From: Escherichia coli
GTDB taxonomy: Bacteria; Pseudomonadota; Gammaproteobacteria; Enterobacterales; Enterobacteriaceae
DNA: 64,000 nt
Assembly (NCBI RefSeq): GCF_003018235.1
Contig: NZ_CP027437.1
Direction: 5' to 3' (one strand)
A program made the translations under genes and the position numbers. The first letter of the stretch is position 1. Each line of letters starts with the position of its first letter. The notes below the pieces were generated by a model. That model saw nothing but the letters and a program-made list of their open reading frames with translations. It was not told the origin of the DNA and did not search any database. This document shows positions 1 to 7,979 of the stretch, piece by piece.

Positions 1-2
1 CT

Positions 3-65
3 GATAAGGCGCTGGAGTATCTGAAGCAGAACGGACTGATAAGCGTGGAGGATATTTTACGATGA
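3..65 (+). CDS. C-terminal end of an upstream prophage ORF (partial, ...DKALEYLKQNGLISVEDILR*)
   Basis: Frame open from window edge to TGA at 63-65; protein-like composition; identity unknown. Confidence 0.3.
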   Translation, partial: DKALEYLKQNGLISVEDILR

Positions 66-149
66 CCTGGCCTGAAGCATTCACCACGGCAGGAATTGCG
101 ATGGCGGTGGCACTGGTTGTGTATTCTATTTGTCGTTGGGGGTAAACAC

Positions 150-401
150 ATGTTCTCTCTGATTCAGCGTGGTCAGCGGTATGTTGATGCAGCTGGTTAT
201 CCTGTGGAGATTTGTTTTTGTTCTGCTGAGAAAGTGGTGTATCGCCGCCAGGACAATCAGACCCGTTCTGCAAGTATTGTTGACTTTAATCAGAATTTTG
301 AACGTCTGGATTATCACGAATATATACGGATTAAATCAGATATGGAGCAGACAGAACATCTGCGGAAATTAAGACGATTACACAAAAGAGGTGGGGAATA
401 A
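150..401 (+). CDS. hypothetical prophage protein (83 aa)
   Basis: ORF-track frame 96..401 (TTG); first ATG at 150; no recognisable motif. Confidence 0.35.
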   Translation: MFSLIQRGQRYVDAAGYPVEICFCSAEKVVYRRQDNQTRSASIVDFNQNFERLDYHEYIRIKSDMEQTEHLRKLRRLHKRGGE

Positions 402-864
402 CCACGGATAAAGAGAACTAAATTTCGTCAGAATTAACAGGAAATAACTGGAACGAAAAATACACCGCTTACGCGGCGGGGTTTCTGCAACCTTAAAACA
501 GGGTAAGAGAAATGGCAGAGATGATGAACAATAAACTCTTCATAACCAGTCTCTTTAAGTTGACTGGCCGGGAGTAACGACCAGTGGCAATACAAAAAAA
601 CCGCTTGCCAGCGTTTGTCTGGTCGGGTTACATTTCCCGTGCACCTCATAAAACGGGTGCCGGGATTCTCAACCCGCAGAAGAACAGAGCGCATAACCGC
701 GCCAGCGGTTTTTTTATGCGTGCCGTATCGTCACACCTTTTTCGCACACGAATTATGGCGGGGCGTACGGGGCCGACTTCGGTCGGGCCGGATCCTCTGT
801 TCTCCGGTGTTGAGAACCCCGTACGTCTCGCCACCCCGAGATTCTCAACTCTGGATGGTGAGTT

Positions 865-1125
865 ATGTCTATCACTGAACAGAGGTTACCCCTTATGGCA
901 AACCGTAAACAACAGCGCGCCCGCACTGAGCGTCGTCACATCCAGACCGAAATCAACCGCAGACTGTACCGGGCTATCACTGTCGCCAGAGTCATGTACT
1001 TCAATATGCTGTGTGATCAGGGATGCCAGATTGCACCTGATTACATTGCCTCCACGTTCAGTTACCTGGCAGACGATCTGCGGGATATGCAACGCCTGGT
1101 TAACGATCAGGCGCATAACCTGTAA
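865..1125 (+). CDS. hypothetical small basic protein upstream of replication gene
   Basis: ATG with GGTGAG RBS; Arg/Lys-rich N-terminus; 86 aa. Confidence 0.4.
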   Translation: MSITEQRLPLMANRKQQRARTERRHIQTEINRRLYRAITVARVMYFNMLCDQGCQIAPDYIASTFSYLADDLRDMQRLVNDQAHNL

Positions 1126-1203
1126 CGCACTTTTTCCTGAAATCATGAAACGGCACTCCGCTATCTGGCGGGGTGTCTGGCTGCCCGTTATCCGGGAGGA
1201 CAT

Positions 1204-3126
1204 ATGACCGTGTATTCAGCGGGAGGTCCGCGCATGCCTGAGCCGGAAGAAGAACAGGCATTCACTGAAGAGGTGAACAGCGCCTTTTCCGGGCTGCCTC
1301 GTTTTGTGTCTGTAAAGCTGGGGCGCAGGATCAGCAGCGCATGGCAGACAAAGGGTTTTGCCGGTGCACGGGAAAAATTTGCGCTGATGGTTCAGAAGGA
1401 TTTGCCGTTCATTACCGGGGTGAATAAACGTTATGCCATTAATCCGGATGAATTACCGGGGTGGCTGTTTGGTGGGCTGGCATCTGATCAGGCATACGGT
1501 GCGGTTCATTCCATGACCTGGCGATTTAATGCCATGGTGGATGGTGACGACGGGGATGCGCATTTACTGGCTCAGGATCTGTCCGTGTTTCTTATTGCTG
1601 AAATGCAGCACCTGAGTGTTCTTCTTGCGGATGAAGATGCGGATGCGGCGGCAGATGCCATTTATGCCATGGTTGCCGGGCTTGTTGAGCATTTCCGGAT
1701 GGAGCCACCGGACTGGAAGCGTTTTATTGGCAGAAAGCTGACACTGGAGCAACTGACTGTTGCCATCAGCCGGATGCTGAGTGTTCGCTGGTGGCAGGGA
1801 AAACTCAGGGCATTCTCCCGTCGCTGGCGTGAACATCTGCTTATAGCTATGGGTGTCGTTCGTCGGCAGTCTTCACCGCACTGCAGTTATGAATGGGTGC
1901 AGAGGTGGCTGGCGGGGCGTAAGCACGGTCGAAGGCTGATGGCGGAAACGGACGTTGAGGATGAAGAAACAGGAGAAAGATTTTCACTTCTCGATTTGGT
2001 TGACAGCAGCATTTCAGATGCGGAGAAACGCCGCGCAGAGCTGATGACCAGGGTTAAGGGGCTGGAAGATTTAGCCCGTTTTGAAGGTGTGGCGCAGGAG
2101 CAGGGGTATATCGGGCTTTTTTTCACGATGACCGCGCCATCAAAATATCATGCCTGGCTGGAGACAGGATATCGCAATCGTCGTTATAACGGCGCAAGCC
2201 CGAAAGACACACAAAATTATTTCTCCGGACTCTGGCGTCAGATCAGTGCAACGCTGAGGCGCAGGGGGATCGGGATTTTTGGATTAAGAAGTGCCGAACC
2301 GCATCATGACGGAACGCCGCACTGGCATGGTGTTCTCTATGTGCATCAGGAGCATGCTGCCGCCTTACAGGACATTCTTGAGTATTACGCCAACCGCGAT
2401 GATGACGCGGGAAAAACGCCCATCCGCAAAGCAGGAAGAAAATCCCACCTGGAAATAAAACCGGTTCTTGATGATCTGGGGAGTGCCTCTGCCTATATCG
2501 CCAAGCATATTGGAATGAATCTTGACGGTTGTGCGCCAGGCGGAATGAATCATGAAACGGGCCATACACTGGTGGTCACTGCCCGCCACGCCTCGGCGTG
2601 GGCGTCATTATGGGGGATCAAGCAGTTTCAGTTTATAGGCAGCACACCGGTAAGTGTATGGCGTGAGCTGCGTCGCTTTAACAATCAGGCTCATGCTGAC
2701 CGGATAAGCCCGGCGCTGGGTGAGTTACACCGTGCAGCCAGTGAGGGTGACTGGAAAACCTATACCAGGCTGCAGGGTGGACCGTTTGTGGCACGAAGAG
2801 ATCTGGTCCTTCGCACATGGTATCAGCGTTCGGAGGAGCCGGATGAGTGTGGGCTACACACCAGTGCGATCAAAGGTGTTTATATGCCGGGGCGTGATAC
2901 GCCACCGGTAGTGACGCGTTCACGTAACTGGAGGATCACCCGGAACGTTACAACAGGCGCTCTCAATGTTAACCGGGGGTCTGCTTTAACGCCCTGGACT
3001 TGTGTCAATAACTGCATTTCGGGCAGAAAACGACCAGATGGTCATCCTCCGGATCCAGGTATAAGGATCCCTGTTCAACTGGAACTGAACTTCGGGGAAG
3101 AGAATAAAGGGAAAAGTGAGCAGTAA
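1204..3126 (+). CDS. phage replication initiation endonuclease, HUH rolling-circle type (P2/186 gpA-like)
   Basis: 640-aa ORF with GGGAGGA RBS; HUH motif set FFTMTAP, PHWHGVLYV and YIAKHIG in canonical order. Confidence 0.7.
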   Translation: MTVYSAGGPRMPEPEEEQAFTEEVNSAFSGLPRFVSVKLGRRISSAWQTKGFAGAREKFALMVQKDLPFITGVNKRYAINPDELPGWLFGGLASDQAYGAVHSMTWRFNAMVDGDDGDAHLLAQDLSVFLIAEMQHLSVLLADEDADAAADAIYAMVAGLVEHFRMEPPDWKRFIGRKLTLEQLTVAISRMLSVRWWQGKLRAFSRRWREHLLIAMGVVRRQSSPHCSYEWVQRWLAGRKHGRRLMAETDVEDEETGERFSLLDLVDSSISDAEKRRAELMTRVKGLEDLARFEGVAQEQGYIGLFFTMTAPSKYHAWLETGYRNRRYNGASPKDTQNYFSGLWRQISATLRRRGIGIFGLRSAEPHHDGTPHWHGVLYVHQEHAAALQDILEYYANRDDDAGKTPIRKAGRKSHLEIKPVLDDLGSASAYIAKHIGMNLDGCAPGGMNHETGHTLVVTARHASAWASLWGIKQFQFIGSTPVSVWRELRRFNNQAHADRISPALGELHRAASEGDWKTYTRLQGGPFVARRDLVLRTWYQRSEEPDECGLHTSAIKGVYMPGRDTPPVVTRSRNWRITRNVTTGALNVNRGSALTPWTCVNNCISGRKRPDGHPPDPGIRIPVQLELNFGEENKGKSEQ

Positions 3127-3253
3127 ATTTTCCGGTTAAGTCAGCGGAAGAAACTGGACTTGTCCGGAGAATAAAAATACCGGTTTTACCTGGGCATGGT
3201 TTTATATACAGTGTCGCTGTATGGCGACAGTTAAGTGAAAAATGAGGTGGAAC

Positions 3254-3523
3254 ATGAGAGGACTGGAGCTTGAACGAATGACGCCGGAAAAAATGCATGC
3301 AATTGGTATGGAGTTCATCAGGAGATCTGAGGCCATGACGCAGGCGGGGATGACAAAAGACGCTGTCAGAAAAAATCTGCTTCCGGCGATACAGCGCCTG
3401 AACCGTGCAAAACATGAGCTTCAGATGGTGGTTGATCAGATGATCGATAAGGCAGCAGAGCTGGAAAAGTATAGCAGTGCGCTTGAAAAAATCATTCAGG
3501 ATATTGTGGGCACTGAGCAGTAA
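3254..3523 (+). CDS. hypothetical helical prophage protein (89 aa)
   Basis: ATG preceded by GAGGTGG RBS; first gene of a tightly spaced three-gene cassette. Confidence 0.4.
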   Translation: MRGLELERMTPEKMHAIGMEFIRRSEAMTQAGMTKDAVRKNLLPAIQRLNRAKHELQMVVDQMIDKAAELEKYSSALEKIIQDIVGTEQ

Positions 3524-3533
3524 GAGGTGGGGT

Positions 3534-4613
3534 ATGCAGGCGATCCTGACGGTATTCCCGCAGCGTAATGCCGGGATAACACTGATGAAAACAGGTAATC
3601 TGACAGCGCGGTTCAGGGACGGGCAGAGAATAATGATAAGGGATGTTCCGTCTGTGATGGCTGGGATGCCATCAGGAGAAATTCCGTCATCAGGACAGAG
3701 GCTGGCGGAAGAGGAAGGACTGACGGCTTTCTTTGCTGACGGAAGGGTAATAAAGCGTGCTGGTGGCAGTGATGCCATGGCGCGTTGGGTGAGCAGGATT
3801 GCAGGCTGCCAGTGTGAGAATGGTGATCACGTGGAGAACATGACAACAGCGCGGACAATGCAGGGAGAGGCGCTTCGGTTATGCCATGCCTGTGATAATC
3901 ATCATTATATGAAAGGATATCGGGCGCTGGCAGATGTGGCAGCCAGAAATCGTGCAGAATGGCTGATGGATTATATCAGGATGAGTCTGGGGCTGGGGGA
4001 AGATCATCAGGTGACCATTCCTGAGTTGTTTTGCTGGGCAGTGCTGAATGATGTGGCAGATGCTGTTCCGGTTATGATCGTAAGGCGTATCAGACAATTG
4101 CCGGAAGAGGAAAAGCTGAGCGGCACGATGAAAGAAGCAGATATTAATCCCTGGCAGACATCAGCAGGCACAGTGGTGAAGAAACTGGCAGATAATGCGA
4201 AGAGCGTTAATGTGTGCAATGTGCGGGTCAGACATGCAGTACGCCAGGAAGAACACAAAGAAATGGAAAAACCGGTGCTGAAACTTGTTGCAGACAGTGA
4301 TCCGGCTGCGGGCTATATGAGGAAGCCCAGAATGCAGCGGCTGTCTCTGCCGGGTTATACCTCGTGGGTGAAGCGTCAGCGATGCTGTGGATGCGGGAAA
4401 CCTGCAGATGATCCGCATCACATCACCGGGCACGGTTTTGGTGGTGCAGGGATAAAAGCCAGTGATTTGTTTGTGATCCCGCTGTGTCGGCAATGTCATC
4501 AGGAATTACACAATGACAGCAAGGCATGGGAGGAGAAAAACGGCAGTCAGTTGCTGTGGGTGATAAGGACGCTGGACAGGGCAGCGGGCATTGGCGCTTT
4601 AGTTGGGGGGTAA
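3534..4613 (+). CDS. Cys/His-rich prophage protein, resembles YdfU/DUF968 family (from memory)
   Basis: ATG with AGAGGTGGGG RBS; C-terminal CCGCGKPADDPHHITGHGFGG...IPLCRQCHQELHN zinc-binding-like cluster and internal CQCENGDH...CHACDNHHY cluster; size about 359 aa. Confidence 0.4.
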   Translation: MQAILTVFPQRNAGITLMKTGNLTARFRDGQRIMIRDVPSVMAGMPSGEIPSSGQRLAEEEGLTAFFADGRVIKRAGGSDAMARWVSRIAGCQCENGDHVENMTTARTMQGEALRLCHACDNHHYMKGYRALADVAARNRAEWLMDYIRMSLGLGEDHQVTIPELFCWAVLNDVADAVPVMIVRRIRQLPEEEKLSGTMKEADINPWQTSAGTVVKKLADNAKSVNVCNVRVRHAVRQEEHKEMEKPVLKLVADSDPAAGYMRKPRMQRLSLPGYTSWVKRQRCCGCGKPADDPHHITGHGFGGAGIKASDLFVIPLCRQCHQELHNDSKAWEEKNGSQLLWVIRTLDRAAGIGALVGG

Positions 4614-4614
4614 C

Positions 4615-5319
4615 ATGACACCGCAACAGATGGTATGGGCGAGAGAGCAGGTTATTTTTGCACTGAATCCACCGGATAAACGTCAGAAGGGGCAACTGGA
4701 GGCATTTGGTGATTTTGCCAGGTCAGACACCAGGCGTTACGGGAGGCAGAGAAACAGGACACTGAACATTGATGGCCGGTGGTATTGTCAGGATGGTGAT
4801 CCGGTACATGCTGCGGCAACAGCCTGTTATGCAATACAACCGGATATGATCACCAGGGAAGCGTTCAGAACGGCACAACTGAGGAGGAGGATTTATTGTC
4901 TGGAGGATTATCATCGGGCCTGGGTGTTATTCAGTTACAGCTTGCAGAAAAAACGAATACACCATCTTCTGGTCAGTGAGTACATCTGGATGAGGATGTT
5001 CGAGCGGTTGCAGGGGAAACGGGTTACGGACAGGATGACAGGAAATCTGATTGAAATAGCGAGGATGGCTGCATGGAATGCTGCAGTGACAGCCGGTGGG
5101 ATTGTTGCAGGTAAGGTTCTGATTGCTCCTTCATGTGCGGCGCAGATTGCAGGTGTAAAACCAAACACATGGAGTCAGCATTACAAGGCTCACTGGTGTT
5201 TTATGCATGAAGTATGCGATGAACTGGATCATGAGGCGCTGGTGACCATTACAGGAATAAAAAATCACCAAAAAAACGGCGAAAAATATAAATTTGCTAA
5301 AGTGAATATTTTAAGGTAG
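4615..5319 (+). CDS. hypothetical protein, candidate Q-type late antiterminator (by position and size only)
   Basis: Start 1 nt after upstream stop; 234 aa; followed immediately by promoter-like hexamers and a strong intrinsic terminator, as for Q/PR-prime/tR-prime. Confidence 0.3.
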   Translation: MTPQQMVWAREQVIFALNPPDKRQKGQLEAFGDFARSDTRRYGRQRNRTLNIDGRWYCQDGDPVHAAATACYAIQPDMITREAFRTAQLRRRIYCLEDYHRAWVLFSYSLQKKRIHHLLVSEYIWMRMFERLQGKRVTDRMTGNLIEIARMAAWNAAVTAGGIVAGKVLIAPSCAAQIAGVKPNTWSQHYKAHWCFMHEVCDELDHEALVTITGIKNHQKNGEKYKFAKVNILR

Positions 5320-5322
5320 ATT
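5294..5322 (+). promoter_or_regulatory. candidate sigma70 promoter (possible PR-prime analogue): TTGCTA, 17-nt spacer, TAGATT
   Basis: Hexamers read directly at 5294-5299 and 5317-5322, at the 3-prime end of the candidate Q gene. Confidence 0.25.
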
Positions 5323-5363
5323 TGAGGCAAATTTGATAGTCTGCCGTATTTGTAAGCAGAGCA

Positions 5364-5390
5364 TAAACCCGCATATTGCGGGTTTTTTTA
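5364..5390 (+). terminator. intrinsic terminator (AACCCGCA-TATT-TGCGGGTT plus T7)
   Basis: Perfect GC-rich hairpin followed by TTTTTTT. Confidence 0.65.
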
Positions 5391-5513
5391 TGCCCGAAAT
5401 TTTCCCTCAGCGCAATAAATACGCTGGTGGTTGTGAGTACCGGTCTTTCAGCTTGCTGGCTTTTTCGACAAGAGTTATTGGTATGCCACGTTAACCGGAC
5501 AGGGGGAAAAGAC

Positions 5514-5711
5514 ATGCTGAAACAGCAGGATATGACAGAAACCGCCAGGGTGGTGTTTAATGAATTAAGCATTACCGAACCGGCGACCGTCGGGGAAATA
5601 GCGCAGAATACCTGCCTTTCACGTGAACGCTGCCAGTTAATACTGACTCAGCTTGTTATGGCGGGTCTGGCTGACTATCAGTTCGGTTGTTACAGACGCC
5701 TTCAGCAATGA
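5514..5711 (+). CDS. small winged-helix-like DNA-binding protein (65 aa)
   Basis: ATG with AGGGGGAAAAG RBS; helix-turn-helix-like segment VGEIAQNTCLSRERCQLILTQLVMAGL. Confidence 0.45.
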   Translation: MLKQQDMTETARVVFNELSITEPATVGEIAQNTCLSRERCQLILTQLVMAGLADYQFGCYRRLQQ

Positions 5712-5862
5712 AGGCATTCTTTTATTGTGAAGATGGGCGACTGGTTAGGTGTTACAGCACCCAACCAGTCATTCGCTCATGCTTGAAGGTCACAAGCGAA
5801 CCCAGGCCCACCGCTTTTGCACAAAAGCCCGGAGAGCCTACCGGAGATGAGTTTGTTGATCT

Positions 5863-6930
5863 ATGACGCATGTTGTAAAAATATCAGAAAGTGAACTGGT
5901 CAATGCTGACTGCCTGGAATTTATACACACGTTGCCAGATGACAGTATTGACCTGATCGTTACCGATCCACCGTACTTTAAAGTGAAACCCAATGGCTGG
6001 GATAACCAGTGGAAGGGTGATGAAGATTACCTGAAGTGGCTGGATCAGTGTCTTGCGCAGTTCTGGCGGGTGCTGAAACCTGCCGGAAGTCTTTACCTGT
6101 TCTGTGGCCATCGCCTGGCATCTGACATCGAAATCATGATGCGTGAACGCTTTAATGTGCTGAACCATATTATCTGGGCGAAGCCGTCCGGACGCTGGAA
6201 CGGATGCAACAAGGAAAGCCTGAGGGCGTATTTCCCGGCCACAGAGCGCATTCTGTTCGCGGAACACTATCTGGAGCCGTATCGCCCGAAAGATGATGGT
6301 TATGAGGCGAAGGGCAGGGCACTGAAACAGCATGTGATGGCACCGCTGATTTCTTACTTTCGTGATGCGCGTGCCGCCCTTGGGATAACGGCAAAACAGA
6401 TTGCTGATGTCACAGGAAAGAAAAACATGGTGTCGCACTGGTTCAGTGCCAGTCAGTGGCAGCTGCCGAACGAAAGCGATTATCTGAAATTACAGGCGCT
6501 GTTTGCCCGGGTGGCAGAAGAGAAGCATCAGCGCGGAGAACTGGAAAAGCCACACCACCAGCTGGTGGTAACGTATACCTCACTGAACCGGCAGTATGCG
6601 GAGTTGCTGAGTGAATACAAAAATCTGCGCCGGTATTTTGGCGTGACGGCGCGGGTCCCGTACACCGATGTGTGGACGCACAAGCCGGTCCAGTTTTACC
6701 CGGGTAAACACCCCTGTGAAAAACCGGCGGAGATGCTGCGGCAGATAATTTGTGCGAGCAGCCGTCCTGGTGACATGGTGGCGGATTTCTTTATGGGGTC
6801 GGGCTCAACCATAAAAGCCGCTATGGCGCTGGGGCGTCGTGCAATTGGTGTTGAACTGGAAGAGGAACGTTTTGCGCAGACCGTGAAAGAGATTAGTCAT
6901 ATCCTGACAGGCTCAATTGATGACGGATAA
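5863..6930 (+). CDS. orphan DNA amino-methyltransferase (N6-adenine/N4-cytosine, beta-class motif order)
   Basis: TDPPYF (motif IV) near N-terminus and FFMGSGST (motif I) near C-terminus; no adjacent restriction endonuclease. Confidence 0.8.
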   Translation: MTHVVKISESELVNADCLEFIHTLPDDSIDLIVTDPPYFKVKPNGWDNQWKGDEDYLKWLDQCLAQFWRVLKPAGSLYLFCGHRLASDIEIMMRERFNVLNHIIWAKPSGRWNGCNKESLRAYFPATERILFAEHYLEPYRPKDDGYEAKGRALKQHVMAPLISYFRDARAALGITAKQIADVTGKKNMVSHWFSASQWQLPNESDYLKLQALFARVAEEKHQRGELEKPHHQLVVTYTSLNRQYAELLSEYKNLRRYFGVTARVPYTDVWTHKPVQFYPGKHPCEKPAEMLRQIICASSRPGDMVADFFMGSGSTIKAAMALGRRAIGVELEEERFAQTVKEISHILTGSIDDG

Positions 6931-7380
6931 GGATGGATAAAGACATGGTCAGTTCAGGATGCGAAGCAAGTAAACAGATAAGGCTATAAAAAAAACTGAC
7001 AGTAGAAAAATAGCTTTTTCCCAGGTATTCATGAACACAATCTCTTAAAAGCGCCCGCTGATACCAGCGGGCAATACATACTGGCATTGATGTTAAGTTT
7101 ACAGGTTTCATTTATCGTATCGTGCGACACGACGTTGTTATGTTAATAAGTGTGATTTTTGATGTGAAATGTTTGTTGCGTGTTTTTTGATGGGTTTCTC
7201 ATTTTTCAGGCATCATCTCGTCACTGATGTGCAGCACAGCGATGAGGTGCTACTACTTCCACGGAGCGGATTTTGTCTTTTTTGTGGGTGGTAAAAATCT
7301 CCTTATAGCAGGATGTGATAATTATTTATCAGTATAATCTTATGAGATTGACGCGATTTCTCCGGATTTGTTAGAAGATC

Positions 7381-7420
7381 ATGCATGGTGAATCCACCTC
7401 AGCGGTGGGTCATAATGACC
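7381..7420 (+). repeat. about 40-bp conserved motif, copy 1 (GCATGGTGAATCC-hairpin-CATAATGAC)
   Basis: 33 of 40 identical to copy 2 at 7940-7979. Confidence 0.5.
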
Positions 7421-7456
7421 GCCTGTTCGCCGGTTCAATCCCTGCGGGGGCCACCA
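7404..7456 (+). pseudogene. degenerate tRNA: ileX/ileZ-like 3-prime half (CAT anticodon, T-arm, GGGGGCC-A-CCA) lacking a pairing 5-prime acceptor strand
   Basis: 3-prime half aligns closely to E. coli ileX recalled from memory; no 5-prime sequence can pair with the acceptor 3-prime strand. Confidence 0.4.
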
Positions 7457-7457
7457 T

Positions 7458-7534
7458 GCGCCGTTAGCTCAGCTGGACAGAGCAATTGCCTTCTAAGCAA
7501 TCGGTCACTGGTTCGAATCCAGTATGGCGCACCA
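7458..7534 (+). tRNA. tRNA-Arg (anticodon TCT, reads AGA)
   Basis: Cloverleaf folded by hand: 7-bp acceptor stem, perfect 5-bp anticodon stem ATTGC/GCAAT, loop CTTCTAA, T-loop TTCGAAT, encoded CCA. Confidence 0.85.
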
Positions 7535-7535
7535 T

Positions 7536-7610
7536 GCGGTCATCGTATAATGGCTATTACCTCGGCCTTCCAGGCTGATGATGCGGGTTCGATTCCAGCT
7601 GGCCGCTCCA
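7536..7610 (+). tRNA. tRNA-Gly (anticodon TCC), glyT-like with one T-stem mismatch
   Basis: 75 nt, near-identical to E. coli glyT recalled from memory; anticodon loop CTTCCAG; acceptor stem with one G-U; T-stem GCGGG/CCAGC has a G-A mismatch. Confidence 0.7.
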
Positions 7611-7630
7611 TAGAGGATTATGGGGACTGT

Positions 7631-7768
7631 ATGTTGAGTATTTTTCTGCGTTACCTTTCATCGGTAAAAATAAACACACAACAACTATTTATGCTGGCAT
7701 TAGCAATGATAGTTATTGGTTTTCTCGGAACTTGTTTATTTATTTACTATATTTTTGTCGATAATTAA
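7631..7768 (+). CDS. small hydrophobic peptide ORF (45 aa, MLSIFLRYLSSVKINTQQLFMLALAMIVIGFLGTCLFIYYIFVDN)
   Basis: ATG ORF in AT-rich spacer after tRNAs; one predicted TM helix; weak RBS. Confidence 0.25.
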   Translation: MLSIFLRYLSSVKINTQQLFMLALAMIVIGFLGTCLFIYYIFVDN

Positions 7769-7939
7769 TATTTTTAGTATTTAGCCAGAGTGGCCCAAAC
7801 AGAAAATAAAGTTACTGTGAAACAGGGGGGCCTAATAAAAATAATCACCACTAAATTCGGGGCTTTAAAAATGCTAAGAACATCACATTTCATTATGCCG
7901 GGTACTGGAGAATAACATGATGTTTTGTTAAAAATGATT

Positions 7940-7979
7940 TTGCATGGTGAATCCCCCTGTGCGGCGGGGCATAATGACA
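7940..7979 (+). repeat. about 40-bp conserved motif, copy 2
   Basis: See copy 1; a partial inverted copy (GGTCATTGCAG...CACCATGCAG) lies at about 8021-8064. Confidence 0.5.

Noticed and set aside
7385-7768. ORF-track 127-aa ORF spanning the tRNA cluster
   Set aside because: It overlaps two well-folded tRNA genes; only its last 45 codons are kept as a low-confidence small ORF.
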